A DNA stretch of 64,000 bases from Phyllobates terribilis (GCF_046119375.1 NW_027362761.1:819640001-819704000); one strand, 5' to 3'. Shown: positions 39,430 to 54,082, numbered from the stretch's first letter. Notes: a model not told the origin generated them from the sequence alone. A program made the numbers and translations.

Positions 39430-39985
39430 AAAGAAGTTTTCCACTACTATAGAACATGCCCCCATCGATCTAAATGGAGGAAATAAGACTTTTAGCAAAT
39501 ACCTTGCACTGTCAATATTCCCTGTGAGCGGTGCTATTGCTGGCCGCTCACAGGCATCACGAGACCCCCGGCTGCAGCCTCCTCTGGCATCCGCTGATGT
39601 CATGTCAAGTCGGATGTGACCCAGTGACGCACTCCCCGCTGAATGATGGGCTGTGGGCAGGGTTTCCCCGCGCGTCACACCCAGCATCCATTGTGTGCTT
39701 TCCAAAGAATGCAGGCGAGGAAAAGCGCGCAGTGGATGCTGGGTGTGACGCGCGGGGAAACTCAGCCCATCATTCAGCGGGGAGCGAGTCACTGGGTCAC
39801 ATCTGACTTGACATAACATCAGCGGATGCCAGACGAGGCTGCAGCCAGGGGTCCCGTGATGCCTGTGAGCGGTCAGCAATAGCACCGCTCACAGGCAATA
39901 TTGACAGTGCAAGGTATTTGCTAAAAGTCTTATTTCCACCGTTTACATCGATGGGGGGCATGTTCTATAGTAGTAGACAACTTCT
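39430..39985. mobile_element. Near-perfect fold-back MITE
   Basis: agaagttttccactactatagaacatgccccc...gggggcatgttctatagtagtagacaacttct; the arms pair along most of their length. Confidence 0.8.
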
Positions 39986-39987
39986 TA

Positions 39988-40915
39988 AAGGGAACCAGTC
40001 ACGTCCTAGTTGCTATGTACACTGCCCCCATTGGTTTGTTAGTGATGTAATGTGCATCACTAACAAGCTGTTTTCATGAAAATTGGTGGTAGTATAATGA
40101 TTTTATAATGTTTTATATACTTTGTCTTACCTGCTCATATTCAGTCATAGGACTGTGATTCTCACATTCAGTCATGGCGGTCGCCGCGTTCAGTCGGTGC
40201 TGGCGCCGCCCATGACATTTGAATACTGCTCCTGGCAAGCGCTAGGTTTGAGGGACGCATGCGCATTTGCACATGTCTGGCCGCTGGTCCGGAGCGTGCG
40301 CACTGAGGCCGTGTGATCACCAACTTCAATGCGCACGCGCTGTGATCTGTGGCTGCCGGCGCGTGCACAGTCAATGTATCTTGCGGTCAACGCTGCAGTG
40401 TCACTGCGCATGCACAGGAGCTGCTGCGCGTCGCAGTGGCACAGTATTAGGAGAGGAGTGCATGTAATTATAGCGCCAAATGTACTGTGCGCACATATAA
40501 TTACATGCACTCCTCTCCTAACACTGTGCCACTGCGATGCACAGCAGCTCCTGTGCATGCGCAGTGACACTGCAGCGGTGACTGCAAGACACATTGACTG
40601 CACACGCGCCGGCAGCCACAGATCACAGCGCATGCGCATTGAAGTTGGTGATCACACAGCCTCAGTGCGCACGCGCCGGACCAGCGGCCCAACGTGTGCA
40701 AATGCGCATGAGCCCCACAAACATAGCGCTGCCAGGAGCAGTATTCAAATGTCATGGGTGGCGCCAGCACTAACTGAACGCAGTGCCCGCCCATGACTGA
40801 ATCTGAGAATCCCACCCCTATGACTGAATACGAGCAGGTAGGACAAAGTATATAAAACGTTATAAAATCATTATACTACCACCGATTTTCATGAAAACAT
40901 CTGTTCAATACAAAA
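39988..40915. mobile_element. Fold-back element with about 400-bp inverted arms
   Basis: ttttcatgaaaattggtggtagtataatg...cattatactaccaccgattttcatgaaaa. Confidence 0.7.
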
Positions 40916-42278
40916 CTGACAGTCTCCCAGGTATTTGGCAACCCTTCTTTACAAATCGCACAATTCCTGTGCTTGGACTTCGCTAAGCACTTTGTTCCCT
41001 GACAATAAAATGTCAAGAAAGGGGACCCCATTACAAAGTGAACTTTTACAAAGATAACTTAGCACTCAGAGGTAATCACGGTTACCAGATTCGGAGGAGG
41101 AACCATATCAGCTCATAGATCCCCAAACTGAAGACTGAGGATTCATCCACCTTGCTGGAGCCCTGACTCTGCTGAGTGGTTCTGCTTCTCCTTCCGTCCG
41201 AGAGGCCACTTCCGCCGCTGCCATGTCCACGACATCACTGAACTGTCTGGGAACTCCCATGCTGTTGCACCTGCTATTCTGGCTTCCGTGGCTCCATACT
41301 TCCTGGAGAGACCGCCTGAGCAAAGGGAACCGCTCTTCTGACAGTATAACCGCTTTTTAAAGCAGGACCAGCCAGCCCGTGCGTCCCTCAAGGTGCCTCT
41401 TCCGGTCGCATCTCCCGGAAGTCACTTCCGATCACATGTCTCCAGCATGCGCGTTATTAGAGTGCGCCTCCTGGCATGTCCCCGCACATACGTTGCTGGA
41501 GATGCGCAGAAACCGGCAATCCACTGAGTGTGGTGCCGCTGCTTGCGCCCACTCACACGTGAAAGCCCCACCAGACCCATTATGGCGCATCTGAGGACCC
41601 CAGCATCTGCCAAGGCAGGGAAAATATCGCTGCCTGAGCCGACCGGCCAGGCCTGGGAAGGAATGCTGCGCCGTGTTTTCTTTTCTTCAGGTATGGCCCG
41701 ATGACAGGTTCCCCTTCATCAAGGACATGAAACAAACTAATGCGAAGGAGAGGTACTGCCCTTTTATTCCGTATGTTTCCTGTCCTTGAAGGGCAGATCC
41801 CCTCTCTCCTTGGTGCTATCATGGATGAGAGAAAAATATTTTTTTGTTGTTTTTGTTGCCATATTTTGGGAGACATAACCTTTTTTATTTTTCTATTGAT
41901 GGTACTGTATGAGAACTTATTTTTTGAAGGACGAGTTGTAGTTTTGAATTATAAAGTTTTGTAGTTTTAGCTCGCCATATGACAAATGAAAATGAGTCAG
42001 GAGTGACAGCTGCAGTCAAATGCTGCCAGCTTAACCCTGATATTTCAAGACAATTTCCCAACTATAACAGCAATTCTGGGCTCATTTTGAAGCAGAAAAA
42101 CTAGGGGTACATCATGATGAATAGCAAACCACCTACCTCCATCTTTTTGGACAAAACAAATTACTACAACTTATTACTTTTTACTGGATGACCAATTTAT
42201 TAAAGACACCATTGGAGCTTCCCTCTTTACAAATTAGAAATGTGACCCTGATAAGAGTATATTTTCCAAAGATTAGTT

Positions 42279-43130
42279 TCAGGCAATGTGCCCAAGATGC
42301 TGAAATGCTCCGGATTTTTCCTGAGCGTTTCTGCATCTCCCTGGCAGAAAAAACACATGCGGATTTTACATGCGTTTTTCCTGCCAGGGACATGCGGATG
42401 TGAAGCGTTTTTGCATGCTTTTCCGCATGCGGGTTGTCAACCGCTTTCCAAGCGATTTTAGCATCACCTGGAAAGTGCTTGACAACTTGGTCACACTATA
42501 TAAATCCATGCAAACGGCATGGATTTATATAGTGTGATCGTAAAAGAATGGTAAAAAATAAATATTATACTTACCTTCTGATGGCCCCCGGTGTCCTTAG
42601 CGATGCGTCTTGGCTTGCCGGCAGCTCGCGGTGGTCTAAAAGGACCTGCCATCACATCAGTTAGTCATGTGATGGGTCACGCGACCGCCGACGTCACATG
42701 ACTAAATGACGTCATTTAGTCATGTGATGGGTCACGCGACCGCCGACGTCACATGACTAAATGACGTCATGGCAGGTCCTTTTTAGACCATTGCGAGCTG
42801 CCGGCAAGCCAGGATGGATCGCTATGGAGTCCGGGGGCCATCAGATGGTAAGTATAATGTATATTTTTTATTTTATTCTTTTTTTTCACAGGTACTATGG
42901 TACCTGGGTCCAGAGGAGAGTCTCCTCTTTTTCAAACACGGGTACCATCCGCACATTGAACCGCATGGTATCCGCATCTGCAGATGCAGTGATGCGGATG
43001 TCAGGCGGTCTAATGCGAGTCAGTGGCTGCGAAAACGCCGCGATTCCACAAAATAATTGGTAGTGCTGCGGATTTTTCCGCAATTCCGCAGACCTTCTAC
43101 CAAGCGTTTTTTAAGCGTTTCTGCAGCGGA
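42279..43130. mobile_element. Copy of the 852-1655 MITE family with an internal tandem duplication; right end truncated
   Basis: Sequence identity to 852-1560; gtcatgtgatgggtcacgcgaccgccgacgtcacatgactaaatgac occurs twice. Confidence 0.75.
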
Positions 43131-43134
43131 ATTG

Positions 43135-43502
43135 CTAGACAGCCCAGGAATTTACAGGAACTGGAGGCTTTTTGCCAAGAAGAATGGCCAGCTTTATCAT
43201 CTGAGAAAATAAAGACCTCATCCACAACTACACAAAAGACTTCAAGCTGTCATTGCTGTTAGAGGGGACAATACACGGTATTAAGAACTGGGGTATGTGA
43301 ACTTTTGATCAGGGTCATTTGGATGTTTTTAGTTGTCATTAAAATTTAAAAAGAGAAAACACAGTAGTTTGACAATCTATGGCTTCACCCAACCTATAAC
43401 CATGAAAGGAGAAAAAGTTTTTTTGTTATCATTCATATTCTCTGAAACAAGGCCAGGAAAGGAAAAATTCTGCCGGGGTATGTAAACTTTTGAGCACAAC
43501 TG
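43135..43502 (+). mobile_element. Tc1 3' fragment (end of transposase and right TIR)
   Basis: RQPRNLQELEAFCQEEW... followed by ggggtatgtaaacttttgagcacaactg|ta. Confidence 0.8.
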
Positions 43503-43798
43503 TAGGCTATAACAGGAGATGACCAGCGTTTAATGCCAGAAAGCGAAAAAAAAAAGCCAAAACCCAAGTGGGCAAAAATTGGATGTCCGAACAGTGGAAA
43601 TATTTTGCCTTCTCAGGTGAATCTAGATTTCTGTCATACCATGCTGATGCAAGAGCCAGAACTTGAAAACCGATGAATTATTAAATCCACCCTGTCAAGT
43701 GAGTGTCAACAATAGAGGTGTAGCAAGGTTGTATGGAATGTTTTCTTGACATTCAGTGAGTCCTCTGAACTATGTGGTTAAACATTAATAAATATATA

Positions 43799-43862
<64 letters not shown>

Positions 43863-44474
43863 CTTGGCAAAAATATACAATGTATGATTTTTGGAGGTGT
43901 GGTACATGCTCTTTTTTTTGCATTGCATATTCTTTCCCCTTTCTTGGACCAGTACTCCTCCCATTTGGCCCCGTGATTTTAACTAGCAGGGGACTTCAAA
44001 GAGGGTCAAGCCTATTTTCACTCTCACTTGAGAGCTTGAGGAAGGTGAGTCACAATGCTCCTTTCATGTGGAGTTGGTGTAGTGTGTTGGCCATTATTGC
44101 TGTGGTTTTGTGCTTGTAGGGCGGTGTGGTCTGGAGTCTTGGGGACTCAGTCTTGCAGCAGGGGTGCTGTGAGGCACCAGACCGTCCGCCCCGCTGCGAT
44201 GGTGGCCAGTGCACGGCGCCGCTTCTTTAAGACGACAAAAGTTAGGACCCACTAAGAGGTTCGCCGTGACGTGGCAGTGGGCTTTGTACAGTCTGATCAG
44301 AATGTTAAACTAAGAACCTCCTGTTCAGTTTGTAAATTTTTGCCGAGAGGCATTAGATCAAGGTATGATTTTTGGAGGTGCGGTCCATGCTCTTTTTTTT
44401 TTGCATATATATATTAAGGCTTAGCTAAGCATTGTGGCTAACCAATTCATCACTTCTTGGCAGCAGTGTACTAT

Positions 44475-45007
44475 TGTCACGATTCCAACCCTCAATGTGG
44501 GATGCAGTTACTAACAGCTCAGCTGTCCAATCTGGTGCATGGGCGTGCTGAAGCTGTCAATACTTTGACAGCTCAGTCGCCCAGTCTGGTGCAGGGGCGT
44601 GCTGAGTTGTCAGTGTGTTGATTGACGACTTGGTCAGCCAATCTGAGACTAGGAGGTGCGTTGCCTTCAGATGTACCTGGTCCCAGTTGATTGCCCAGCT
44701 GCTTAGCTGGGCGGTCTATCATAGATCTCTGCAAGAAGTACATTCAGCTCTGTGTGGTTTCTTTTTGTGCCTTGTGTTCTGCTTGTGGATCTTTTTGCTG
44801 CCTGACCTTGAACATGTTTCAGACATCCGTTTTGCCTACTCCCTTTGCTCTGATCCGCTTTCCTCCTGGTACTCTGACCGCAGACCGTTACCTGACTACG
44901 CCTTTGTCTTTTCCTTTGTTTTATGACGTACCCTCCTTGCTTTTGCCCTTGGACTCTTTGGCTACCCTGACTATTGGCTTGTCCTTGAGAAGTGACTCAG
45001 TGTCACA
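44475..45007. mobile_element. Solo LTR with a 5-bp target-site duplication
   Basis: ACTAT|TGTCACGA...GTGTCACA|ACTAT. Confidence 0.85.
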
Positions 45008-45026
45008 ACTATATGGCAGAGGGTTT

Positions 45027-47690
45027 ATTAACCCTTCAGGTGCTTCACAGAAATTAATGGAATGTGAAATGAAAAAATTAACATTTTAACTTTTTTTCAC
45101 TAAAAATGTATTTAGACACAAATTTTTTTTTTTCACAAGTTATGTGCCAAAAATTGCAAGGCGTACAAATTTGTTTGGCCCACCATGAGGATTACAAAAT
45201 CCTCACAATTTTTTTTTCAAAAAGTCCATTTCTGTGATGCCACTGGTGTCAAATTTGATTTCTGATTGCATCACAAAATCAGGAATCAGTGGCTCATAAT
45301 CTTCAGGGGGTGAGGTCCATACAGGGTCAGTAATGGTGGGTGCTGGTTCTGTTTTTGTCCTGGGATGTCTGCGTGGCGGTTTGGTATCACCTCAGTAGAA
45401 AGAGGAGGAGGACGAAGAGGAGTCAGTCGGAAAAATAAAGGAAGGTGGCATCCTCTCTCTCACTGTCAGTGTCGGAGACAAGGAAAGCGTATGCCTCCTC
45501 CGCTGAAAACTGGGTTTGGGACGAGCGGGACAACATTTTTTTATATGTATGTGGTGTTTCTGTGAGTACCAAATTTTACAAATTTTATTTAGTTGTGTGT
45601 GTGTGTGGGGGGGGGGGGGTGAGAGTGCTTGGTGTAAACTTTTTTTTTTTTATTTTGAAAAGAAAAAGCTAAAAGAAAAAAAGCAAGAACCGAAGGTTGA
45701 TCACTGATGTGCGTCAGTAATTAGCGCTCGAAGGCTGTAAGATGGCTGCACGGATGTAGTGCAAAAAAAGAATGAGAAAAAAAAAAAGGGAAAAAAAGTC
45801 CTTGCAAAAACAAGCACCGGTTCTAATCAGTGGTGTAAGTCTGGTCGGCGGCTGCAGGACGCACACACGGAGTGGTGAAAAGGGGTGGGTGGAGAAAAAG
45901 TAGTGAAAAAAAAACAGCGAGCACACGTGCAGATCAGTGATTTACGTCACTGATCAACGCTTGGCGGCTGTTGGATGCACAACTGGAGATGATGCAAAAG
46001 AGGGGGGGGGGAATGGACAGGGACAAAAAAAAGTGCTGGAAAACAGCGAGCACGGACGTTGATCAGTGATTTGCGTCACTGATCAGCGCTTGGCCGCTGC
46101 AGGATGCACGAAAAAAAAAACCTGCCAAAAATCGAGCGATCAAGCACTGATGAGCGCTTGGTGGCAGAAAGGGGACATGGGGGGAAGAGGGGAGAGGGGA
46201 ATTGGGGTGGATGAAGAGAGATCAGGCAAGGATCAGGGATCAAGAAATCTTATTGTCTGTCTTTTTTCTTCAGCAGCAGGAGCAGCGATTGTGGTATCAC
46301 AGGATTCTGTGACACCACAAGGCCCAGAATGGCGAACAGTGGGCCAGAGTCACTGCCCTGTACAAATCCGCAGCTACAATGTGGAAGTACAGGGTCATCA
46401 CCGCCAGGTCACAGCGCGTGTGTGCGCTGATTGGTGCGATCGATGTCATGGCACCAGCCTATGATCAGTGCTCTTACAGCACCGACCCTAGGCTGGACAT
46501 CAGTGTTACTGGCAATCAGATTACCTGAAACACTGAGAAACGCTGCCAATCAAAATGTTCGTAGTTGCGGGGGGGGGGGGGCGTCGCCACCCCCCTGGAC
46601 AACGATGCCATCTACCCTGAGGTAAGATGGCGCCGGAATTTTAATGCGATCACTGCGAAGTGCCGCAGTAAAGATGAGACGTATCCATACGTCCCTGATC
46701 AATAAGTACCAGGCCACAGGGAGGTATGTCAAAAAGGGGTTAAGAGTGGCTATCATCCATGTGTGGCTATCCTTTGTTATTTAAGAAAACAATTTTATAT
46801 TTAAAGAAAAACTTTACAGTCCTTAAACAGCCTCTGAAGGACCTGACTTTACAGCACGGCACCTTGAGTAAGAGCCATAACCCTTCACAGCAGCCCATTT
46901 TGCCAAAATACAAGATCTTGTATATTGTCTCAAGATCTCATACTTTAAACTAATAGGAAAAGCACTCCATGTGTTTACCGATCAACCAAGTGAATTATAA
47001 CAATGTGAGTGGTGCTCACCTAACGAGATTGTGGTCACCGTGCAAAACACTGGAAAGAATGTGCGAGCCCAACAGATAGCTGCTGCACCAACCGCAGGCT
47101 CCCACTGCCGAAAGCTTGAAGCTGCATTAACCCCTTAAGGACCAAGCCACGTTGTAGGTTAATGACCGGGCCAATTTTTTCAATTCTGACCATTGTCACT
47201 TTGAGGTAATAACTCTGGAACACTTCAACGGATCCCCCTGATTCTGAGATTGTTTTTTTGTGACATATTGTACTTCATGGTAGTGGTAACATTTCTTCAA
47301 TATGACTTGTGTTTTTGTAAAAAAATTAAAAAAAAATGGAAATTTTGCAAAAATGTTGCAATTTAAAAACTTTGAATTGTTATTTCCTGAAATCAGAGAG
47401 ATATGTCACCCAACACAGTTAATAAATAACATTTCACACATGTCTACTTTTATATCATCGCAATTTTGGAAAAATAAAATTGTTAGGAAGTTATAAGGGT
47501 TAAAAGTTGACCAGCGATTACTTATTTTTCCAACAAAATTTACAAAACCATTTTTTTAGGGACCACATCACATTTGAAGTGACTTTGAGGTGTCTATATG
47601 ACAGAAAATACCCAAAAGTGACACCATTCTAAAAACTGCACCCCTCAAGGTGCTCAAAACCACATTCAAGAACTTTATTAACTGTTTGTT
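45027..47690. mobile_element. Fragments of piggyBac-like non-autonomous elements
   Basis: Terminal AAGGGG|TTAA at about 46742 and TTAA|CCCCTT at about 47128; no transposase ORF. Confidence 0.5.
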
Positions 47691-49189
47691 TCACACATGC
47701 TGGATGTATGGATATTGCAGGTCTCCTGGTTGGAATCCTTTTGTTAAAGGATATGGAAGCTGGACTCTAAGCCAGGTGGGCTCACCAGCACTATTGTATG
47801 GACTTATTTTATGTTTTAACTTCTGCCGGACAAAAGCTGTATTCACGTTTTTCTGGTGACGTGATTTATGAGGACTGCAATAAACCAGCCACACTTAGAA
47901 ATGGTTCCTTTGTCTGCCTCTTTAAGAAGCCAAGTGAGTCGATCGACCACACCAGACATAATTATAATTTTAAGCTTTTTTCTATTTTTTAATTATTGCT
48001 AGTATAAGTTTTACCTGCGGTTATATAATTAGGAAGATCTTCTGAGCCTTTTTTCCCTTCCCTTGTCCTTTTTCCTTGTCCCTTCTTTTCTTACCTTTTC
48101 TTGCCATCTACTCCTCCTCCCCCTTTCCTCCTCCCTCTCCTCCTTTCCTCTTCCCTCTCCCCTCCTCCTCCTCCCCTTTTCTCCTCCTCCCCTTTTCTCA
48201 TCCTCTCCCTCCCCTTTTCTCCCCCCTCCCCCCCTTTAGATTTCTCTAAAGCAGTGTTTCCTAAACCCCGTCCTCACGGCCTCCCAACACATCATGTTTT
48301 CAGGGTTTCCTTAGTATTTCACAGGTGAGAGAATCTGTGGCAGTTTCTGATGACTTAATAATAATTCCATCACCTGTGCAATACTAAGAAAACATGAAAA
48401 TTGGTCAGGCAGGTAAACCTTAGTGTCTAGGCTCACCTTGTGAGGTGGATCCACTAAGCCTCAGGTCCAAGTTTGCACAAGTCAGTAAAGGAGTACCATC
48501 GGCACTCCTATATATTGTGCACAAGTAGGATCCTATCCCTTTTAAACAATTGAAAATAAACTTGACAGTCGTAGTAAATTGGAGAATATTTAGAATATAC
48601 ACTGCTCAAAAAAATAAAGGGAACACTTAAACAACAGAATATAACTCCAAGTAAATCAAACTTCTGTGAAATCAAACTGTCCACGTAGGAAGCATCACTG
48701 ATTGACAATCAATTTCACATGATGTTGTGCAAATGGAACAGACAATAGATGGAAATTATTGGCAATTATCAAGACACCCTCAATAAAGGAGTGGTTCTGC
48801 AGATGGGGACCACAGACCACATCTCAGTACCAATGCTTTCTGGCTGATGTTTTGGTCACTTTTGAATGTTGGTTGTGCTTTCACACTCGTGGTAGCATGA
48901 GACGGACTCTACCACCCACAGAAGTTGCTCAGGTAGTGCAGCTCATCCAGGATGGCACATCAATGCGAGCTGTGACAAGAAGGTTTGCTGTTTCTGTCAG
49001 CGTAGTGTCCAGAGGCTGGAGACGTTACCAGGAGACACGCCAGTACACCAGGATATGTGGAAGGGGCCATAGGAAGGCAACAGCCCAGCAGCAGGACCGC
49101 TACCTCCACCTTTGTGCAAGGAGGAGCAGGAGGAGCACTGCCAGAGCCCTGCAAAATGACCTCCAGCAGGCCACAAATGTGCATGTGTC

Positions 49190-49464
49190 ATATAGTTACA
49201 TAGTTTATAAGGCCGAAAAAAGACAAGCGTCCATCCAGTTCAGCCTATTTCTTGTGCACTGCAGCTATTCCGCAGCGTTGATCCAGGGGAAGGCAAAAAA
49301 AAACCATGCAGTATAGGCCAATTTACATCATTCAGGAAAAATTCACTTCCCGACTCCAATCTGGCAGTCAGATTAAATCCCTGGATTAATTAACTATCAC
49401 TAAGCATAAGATGTAATTTTATTGTTCTCAAGAAAGGCGTCCAGGCCTCTCTTGAACTCATTAA
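49190..49464 (-). mobile_element. CR1-type LINE 3' fragment inserted in the Tc1
   Basis: atagttacatag tail (reverse of ctatgtaactat); flanked by a GTGTC direct repeat. Confidence 0.65.
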
Positions 49465-50391
49465 GTGTCTACACAAACTGTTAGAAACCGACTCCATGAG
49501 GGTGGTATGAGGGCCCGACGTCCACAGCTGGGGGTTGTGCTCACAGTCCAACACTGTGCAGTACGCTTGGCATTTGCCACAGCACACCAGAATTGGCAAA
49601 GTCGCCACTGGCACCCTGTGCTCTTCACAGATTAAAGCAGGTTCACACTGAGCACATGTGACAGAGTCTGGAGACGCCGTGGAGAGCGATCTGCTGTCTG
49701 CAACATCCTTCAGCATGACCGGTTTGGCAGTGGGTCAGTAATGGTGTGGGGTGGCATTTGTTTGGAGGGCCACACAGCCCTCCATATGCTCGCCAGAGGT
49801 AGCCTGACTGCCATTAGGTACCGGGATGAGATCCTCAGACCCCTTGTGAGACCATATGCTGGTGCAGTTGGCCCTGGGTTCCTCCGAATGCAGGACAATA
49901 ACACAAAAGAGGTCTGCCGCGGCACATAACCGCCAGACAAGAAGAGATTCTGACAAGATATGAAAAAATAAAACCAATATTTATTCAGTTCAAGAATAAA
50001 AGATACATTAAAATTAGACAAGGGAAAACCTCCAAAAAATGGGGGAATGGAAAACACTAAAAGGTCCACTGCTAGCATATATAATACATGAATATGTTTA
50101 CATGATAACACACCTCATGTGGTAGAATCCAGGCAATAAAGAGATAAACTTATAAGAGGACTACAGTGTCCTAGTATAGCGCATGTGCGACAAGGGAAGT
50201 AAGTCATTACTAAATGCATCTCAGATCTCAATAAGCTCGCTGTTGCTTTGCTCTATTTAAACCTTATCATAGGTCCAGACTGTAAAGCCAAAGCAAAAAT
50301 ACTGAAGCAACGCAGGAACCTAGTAGGAAAACATGATTACCTGATTCAGGAAGTGGATCCTGGCAAGCAGAGACCAACGTGTCCTCCCCCT

Positions 50392-50439
50392 ACACCCGAC
50401 GGACGCCGTTTCGAAATGTCGCTTCTTCCGGGGGCGTGT
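50392..50439 (-). ncRNA. Mirror-image hammerhead-like fold in the left arm
   Basis: Reverse complement of the 54083-54129 motif, with the same core variant. Confidence 0.55.
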
Positions 50440-52277
50440 CATACCAGGGGAGGGTGTGTGTGGGGTATAAATGCCGTGATATAGCCAATGGGGATAGAGG
50501 AAAAGCCCACCCATCTGGCCAATGAGATCCTACAAGAGGCGGGAGTATGTGTATCATTGTCCAGCGTCATCATTGACGTCATGCAGCTCTGTCCCTCCTC
50601 CCAGCGAAAGGGACTTCCGGAATCGCGGTCCGTGAACCGCATGTGGAACGCACAGCGGTCACGTGATCGAGCACTTCCGGAAGTCGCGGAGGATTCGGAC
50701 CCAGAGCATGCGTGCTAACGCTAGACAAGCTGAAAAGATGAAAGTGTCACGGAAAAAAGATGCACAACGGGAGGCAAGAACCCCAAATATAGACTGTAAT
50801 TGCACATAACGTGTGCGGGCACTAAACTAAGTGTATACATGAGAAGAAGGGGATAATGTCGTGCAGTACAAAGTTAATCATAATAAGATGAAATACACTT
50901 GGCCAGAAATAAGTGCCCACGTCCCATATAGACAATTCACATGGAAATAGCATATGTTAATTAATATGATGTACTATCTAGGGGGCATAACAACCAGACA
51001 TAAATATTCAATGATGTTAATAAAAAAAACAACCCAAAACACAAAAACAGGGACCTTTGTTAATATGGACCCTGAATATAACAGTTAATAGTAAATGATA
51101 CATCCAGGCAAGCATATAATGCAATAAACATCATATCATAGGGTGTGATGTGCAAGGGTCGCGGATAGTAGTGAAAACTACTAAAGTGCAACGTGCCTAG
51201 GAAGAAAGAAGGATACAGAGGGACGTGTAGCTGAAATATATTTATTAAGGGGAGCATATTAAAAACATCAAAAGTGCCCAGTGCATATTATAAGGTGCTT
51301 CCTAAGCCTCCAAAAATAAGGAGGATACTGCGAAAATTCGCCTAAACAAAAAATAAGAAGTACAAATGCATATGATGCATATTACTAAACCCTGGGGTAC
51401 AAAAAGTGCAAAAGTGCTATAAAAAGCCTGGGATAAATAGGGATGTGGGGAGTGGGGGGCCAAGACCGGACAGGAAAGGGAAAGGGGACCAATAGTCCAT
51501 CGTCAGTCCATACAAGTTATTATGAGTACCACGGAAAAGGAAGACCAAGCATTCTTCCAGGGGCTGGGGGGTAAGGGGAAAAGGGGGGGGGGGGCAAAAG
51601 GGGGGGGGCTGGATTCCGTCCAAATCTAAGATGTGGAGAAGAAATTCAGGATGAAGAATTTCCCCCTCCCCCCCCCCTTTCCTCTTCCCCCCAGCCCCTC
51701 TGCCCCTGGAAGAATGCTTGGTCTTCCTTTTCCGTGGTACTCATAACTTGTATGGACTGACGACGGACTATTGGTCCCCTTTCCCTTTCCTGTCCGGTCT
51801 TGGCCCCCCACTCCCCACATCCCTATTTATCCCAGGCTTTTTATAGCACTTTTGCACTTTTTGTACCCCAGGGTTTAGTAATATGCATCATATGCATTTG
51901 TACTTCTTATTTTTTGTTTAGGCGAATTTTTGCAGTATCCTCTTTATTTTTGGAGGCTTAAGAAGCACCTTATAATATGCACTGGGCACTTTTGATGTTT
52001 TTAATATGCTCCCCTTAATAAATATATTTCAGCTACACGTCCCTTCTGTATCCTTCTTTCTTCCTAGGCACGTTGCACTTTAGTAGTTTTCACTACTATC
52101 CGCGACCCTTGCACATCACACCCTATGATATGATGTTTATTGCATTATATGCTTGCCTGGATGTATCATTTACTATTAACTGTTATATTCAGGGTCCATA
52201 TTAACAGAGATCCCTGTTTTTGTGTTTTGGGTTGTTTTTTTGTTTCTGTTTTTTTTATTAACATCATTGAATATTTA

Positions 52278-53519
52278 CAGTACAGACCAAAAGTTTGGAC
52301 ACACCTTCTCATTTAAAGATTTTTCTGTATTTTCCTGACTATGAAAATTGTACATTCACACTGAAGGCATCAAAACTATGAATTAACACATGTGGAATTA
52401 TATACTTAACAAAAAAGTGTGAAACAACTGAAAATATCTCTTATATTCTAGGTTCTTCAAAGTAGCCACCTTTTGCTTTGATGACTGCTTTGCACACAAT
52501 TGACATTCTCTTGATGAGCTTCAAGAGGTAGTCACCGGAAATGGTCTTCCAACAATCTTGAAGGAATTCCAAGAGATGCTTAGCACTTGTTGGCCCTTTT
52601 GCCTTCACTCTGTGGTCCAGCTCACCCCAAACCATCTCGATTGGGTTCAGGTCTGGTGACTGTGGAGGCCAGGTCATCTGGCGTAGCACCCCATCACTCT
52701 CCGTCTTGGTCAAATAGCCCTTACACAGCCTAGAGGTGTGTTTGGGGTCATTGTTCTGTTGAAAAATAAATGATGGTCCAACTAAACGCAAACCGGATGG
52801 AATAGCATGCCGCTGCAAGAAGCTGTGGTAGCCATGCTGGTTCACTATGCCTTCAATTTTGAATAAATCCCCAACAGTGTCACCAGCAAAGCACCCCCAC
52901 ACCATCACACCTCCTCCTCCATGCTTCACGGTGGGAACCAGGCATGTAGAGTCCATCTGTTTACCTTTTCTGCGTCGCACAAAGACACGGTGGTTGGAAC
53001 CAAAGATCTCAAATTTGGACTCATCAGACCAAAGCACAGATTTCCACTGGTCTAATGTCCATTCCTTGTGTTCTTTAGCCCAAACAAGTCTCTTCTGCTT
53101 GTTGCCTGTCTTCAGCAGTGGTTTCCTAGCAGCTATTTTACCATGAAGGCCTGCTGCACAAAGTCTCCTCTTAACAGTTGTTGAAGAGATGTGTCTGCTG
53201 CTAGAACTGTGTGGCATTGACCTGGTCTCTAATCTGAGCTGTGAAGTGAAAACCATTTCCGGTGACTACCTCTTGAAGCTCATCAAGAGAATGCCAAGAG
53301 TGTGCAAAGCAGTCATCAAAGCAAAAGGTGGCTACTTTGAAGAACCTAGAATATAAGACATATTTTCAGTGGTTTCACACTTTTTTGTTAAGTATATAAT
53401 TCCACATGTGTTAATTCATAGTTTTGATGCCTTCAGTGTGAATGTACAATTTTCATAGTCATGAAAATACAGAAAAATCTTTAAATGAGAAGGTGTGTCC
53501 AAACTTTTGGTCTGTATTG
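52278..53519 (-). mobile_element. Tc1/mariner DD38E copy 3, internally deleted, inserted in the right palindrome arm
   Basis: Same TIRs, TA-flanked. A junction at about 53238 (ctgagctg|tgaagtg) removes the start codon and DNA-binding domain. Confidence 0.93.
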
Positions 53520-54082
53520 TATGTCTGGTTGTTATGCCCCCTAGATAGTACATCATATTAATTAACATATGCTATTTCCATGTGAATTGTCTATATGGGA
53601 CGTGGGCACCTATTTCTGGCCAAGTGTATTTCATCTTATTATGATTAACTTTGTACTGCACGACATTATCCCCTTCTTCTCATGTATACACTTAGTTTAG
53701 TGCCCGCACACGTTATGTGCAATTACAGTCTATATTTGGGGTTCTTGCCTCCCGTTGTGCATCTTTTTTCCATGACACTTTCATCTTTTCAGCTTGTCCA
53801 GCGTTAGCACGCATGCGCTGGGTCCGAATCCTCCGCGACTTCCGGAAGTGCTCGATCATGTGACCGCTGTGCGTTCCACATGCGGTTCACGGAGCGCGAT
53901 TTCGGAAGTCCCTTTCGCTGGGAGGAGGGACAGGGCTGCATGACGTCAATGATGACGCTGGACAATGATACACATACTCCCGCCCCTTGTAGGATCTCAT
54001 TGGCCAGATGGGTGGGCTTTTCCTCTATCCCCACTGGCTATATCATGGCATTTATACCCCACACACACCCTCCCCTGGTATG

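Larger units (their letters stand above)
38858..41835 (-). mobile_element. Internally deleted DIRS1-like (tyrosine recombinase retrotransposon) remnant with MITE insertions
   Basis: Inverted terminal segments: 38890-39000 (gcaccacggagagagtggatccacccttcaaggacaggaaac) versus 41740-41830 (gtttcctgtccttgaagggcagatcccctctctccttggtgc). Both ends are T-rich on the minus strand. No intact ORF. Confidence 0.55.

Noticed and set aside
48060-48245. Long C/T tract as a functional element
   Set aside because: Low-complexity (cct)n-like sequence. It could form triplex DNA, but nothing else suggests function.
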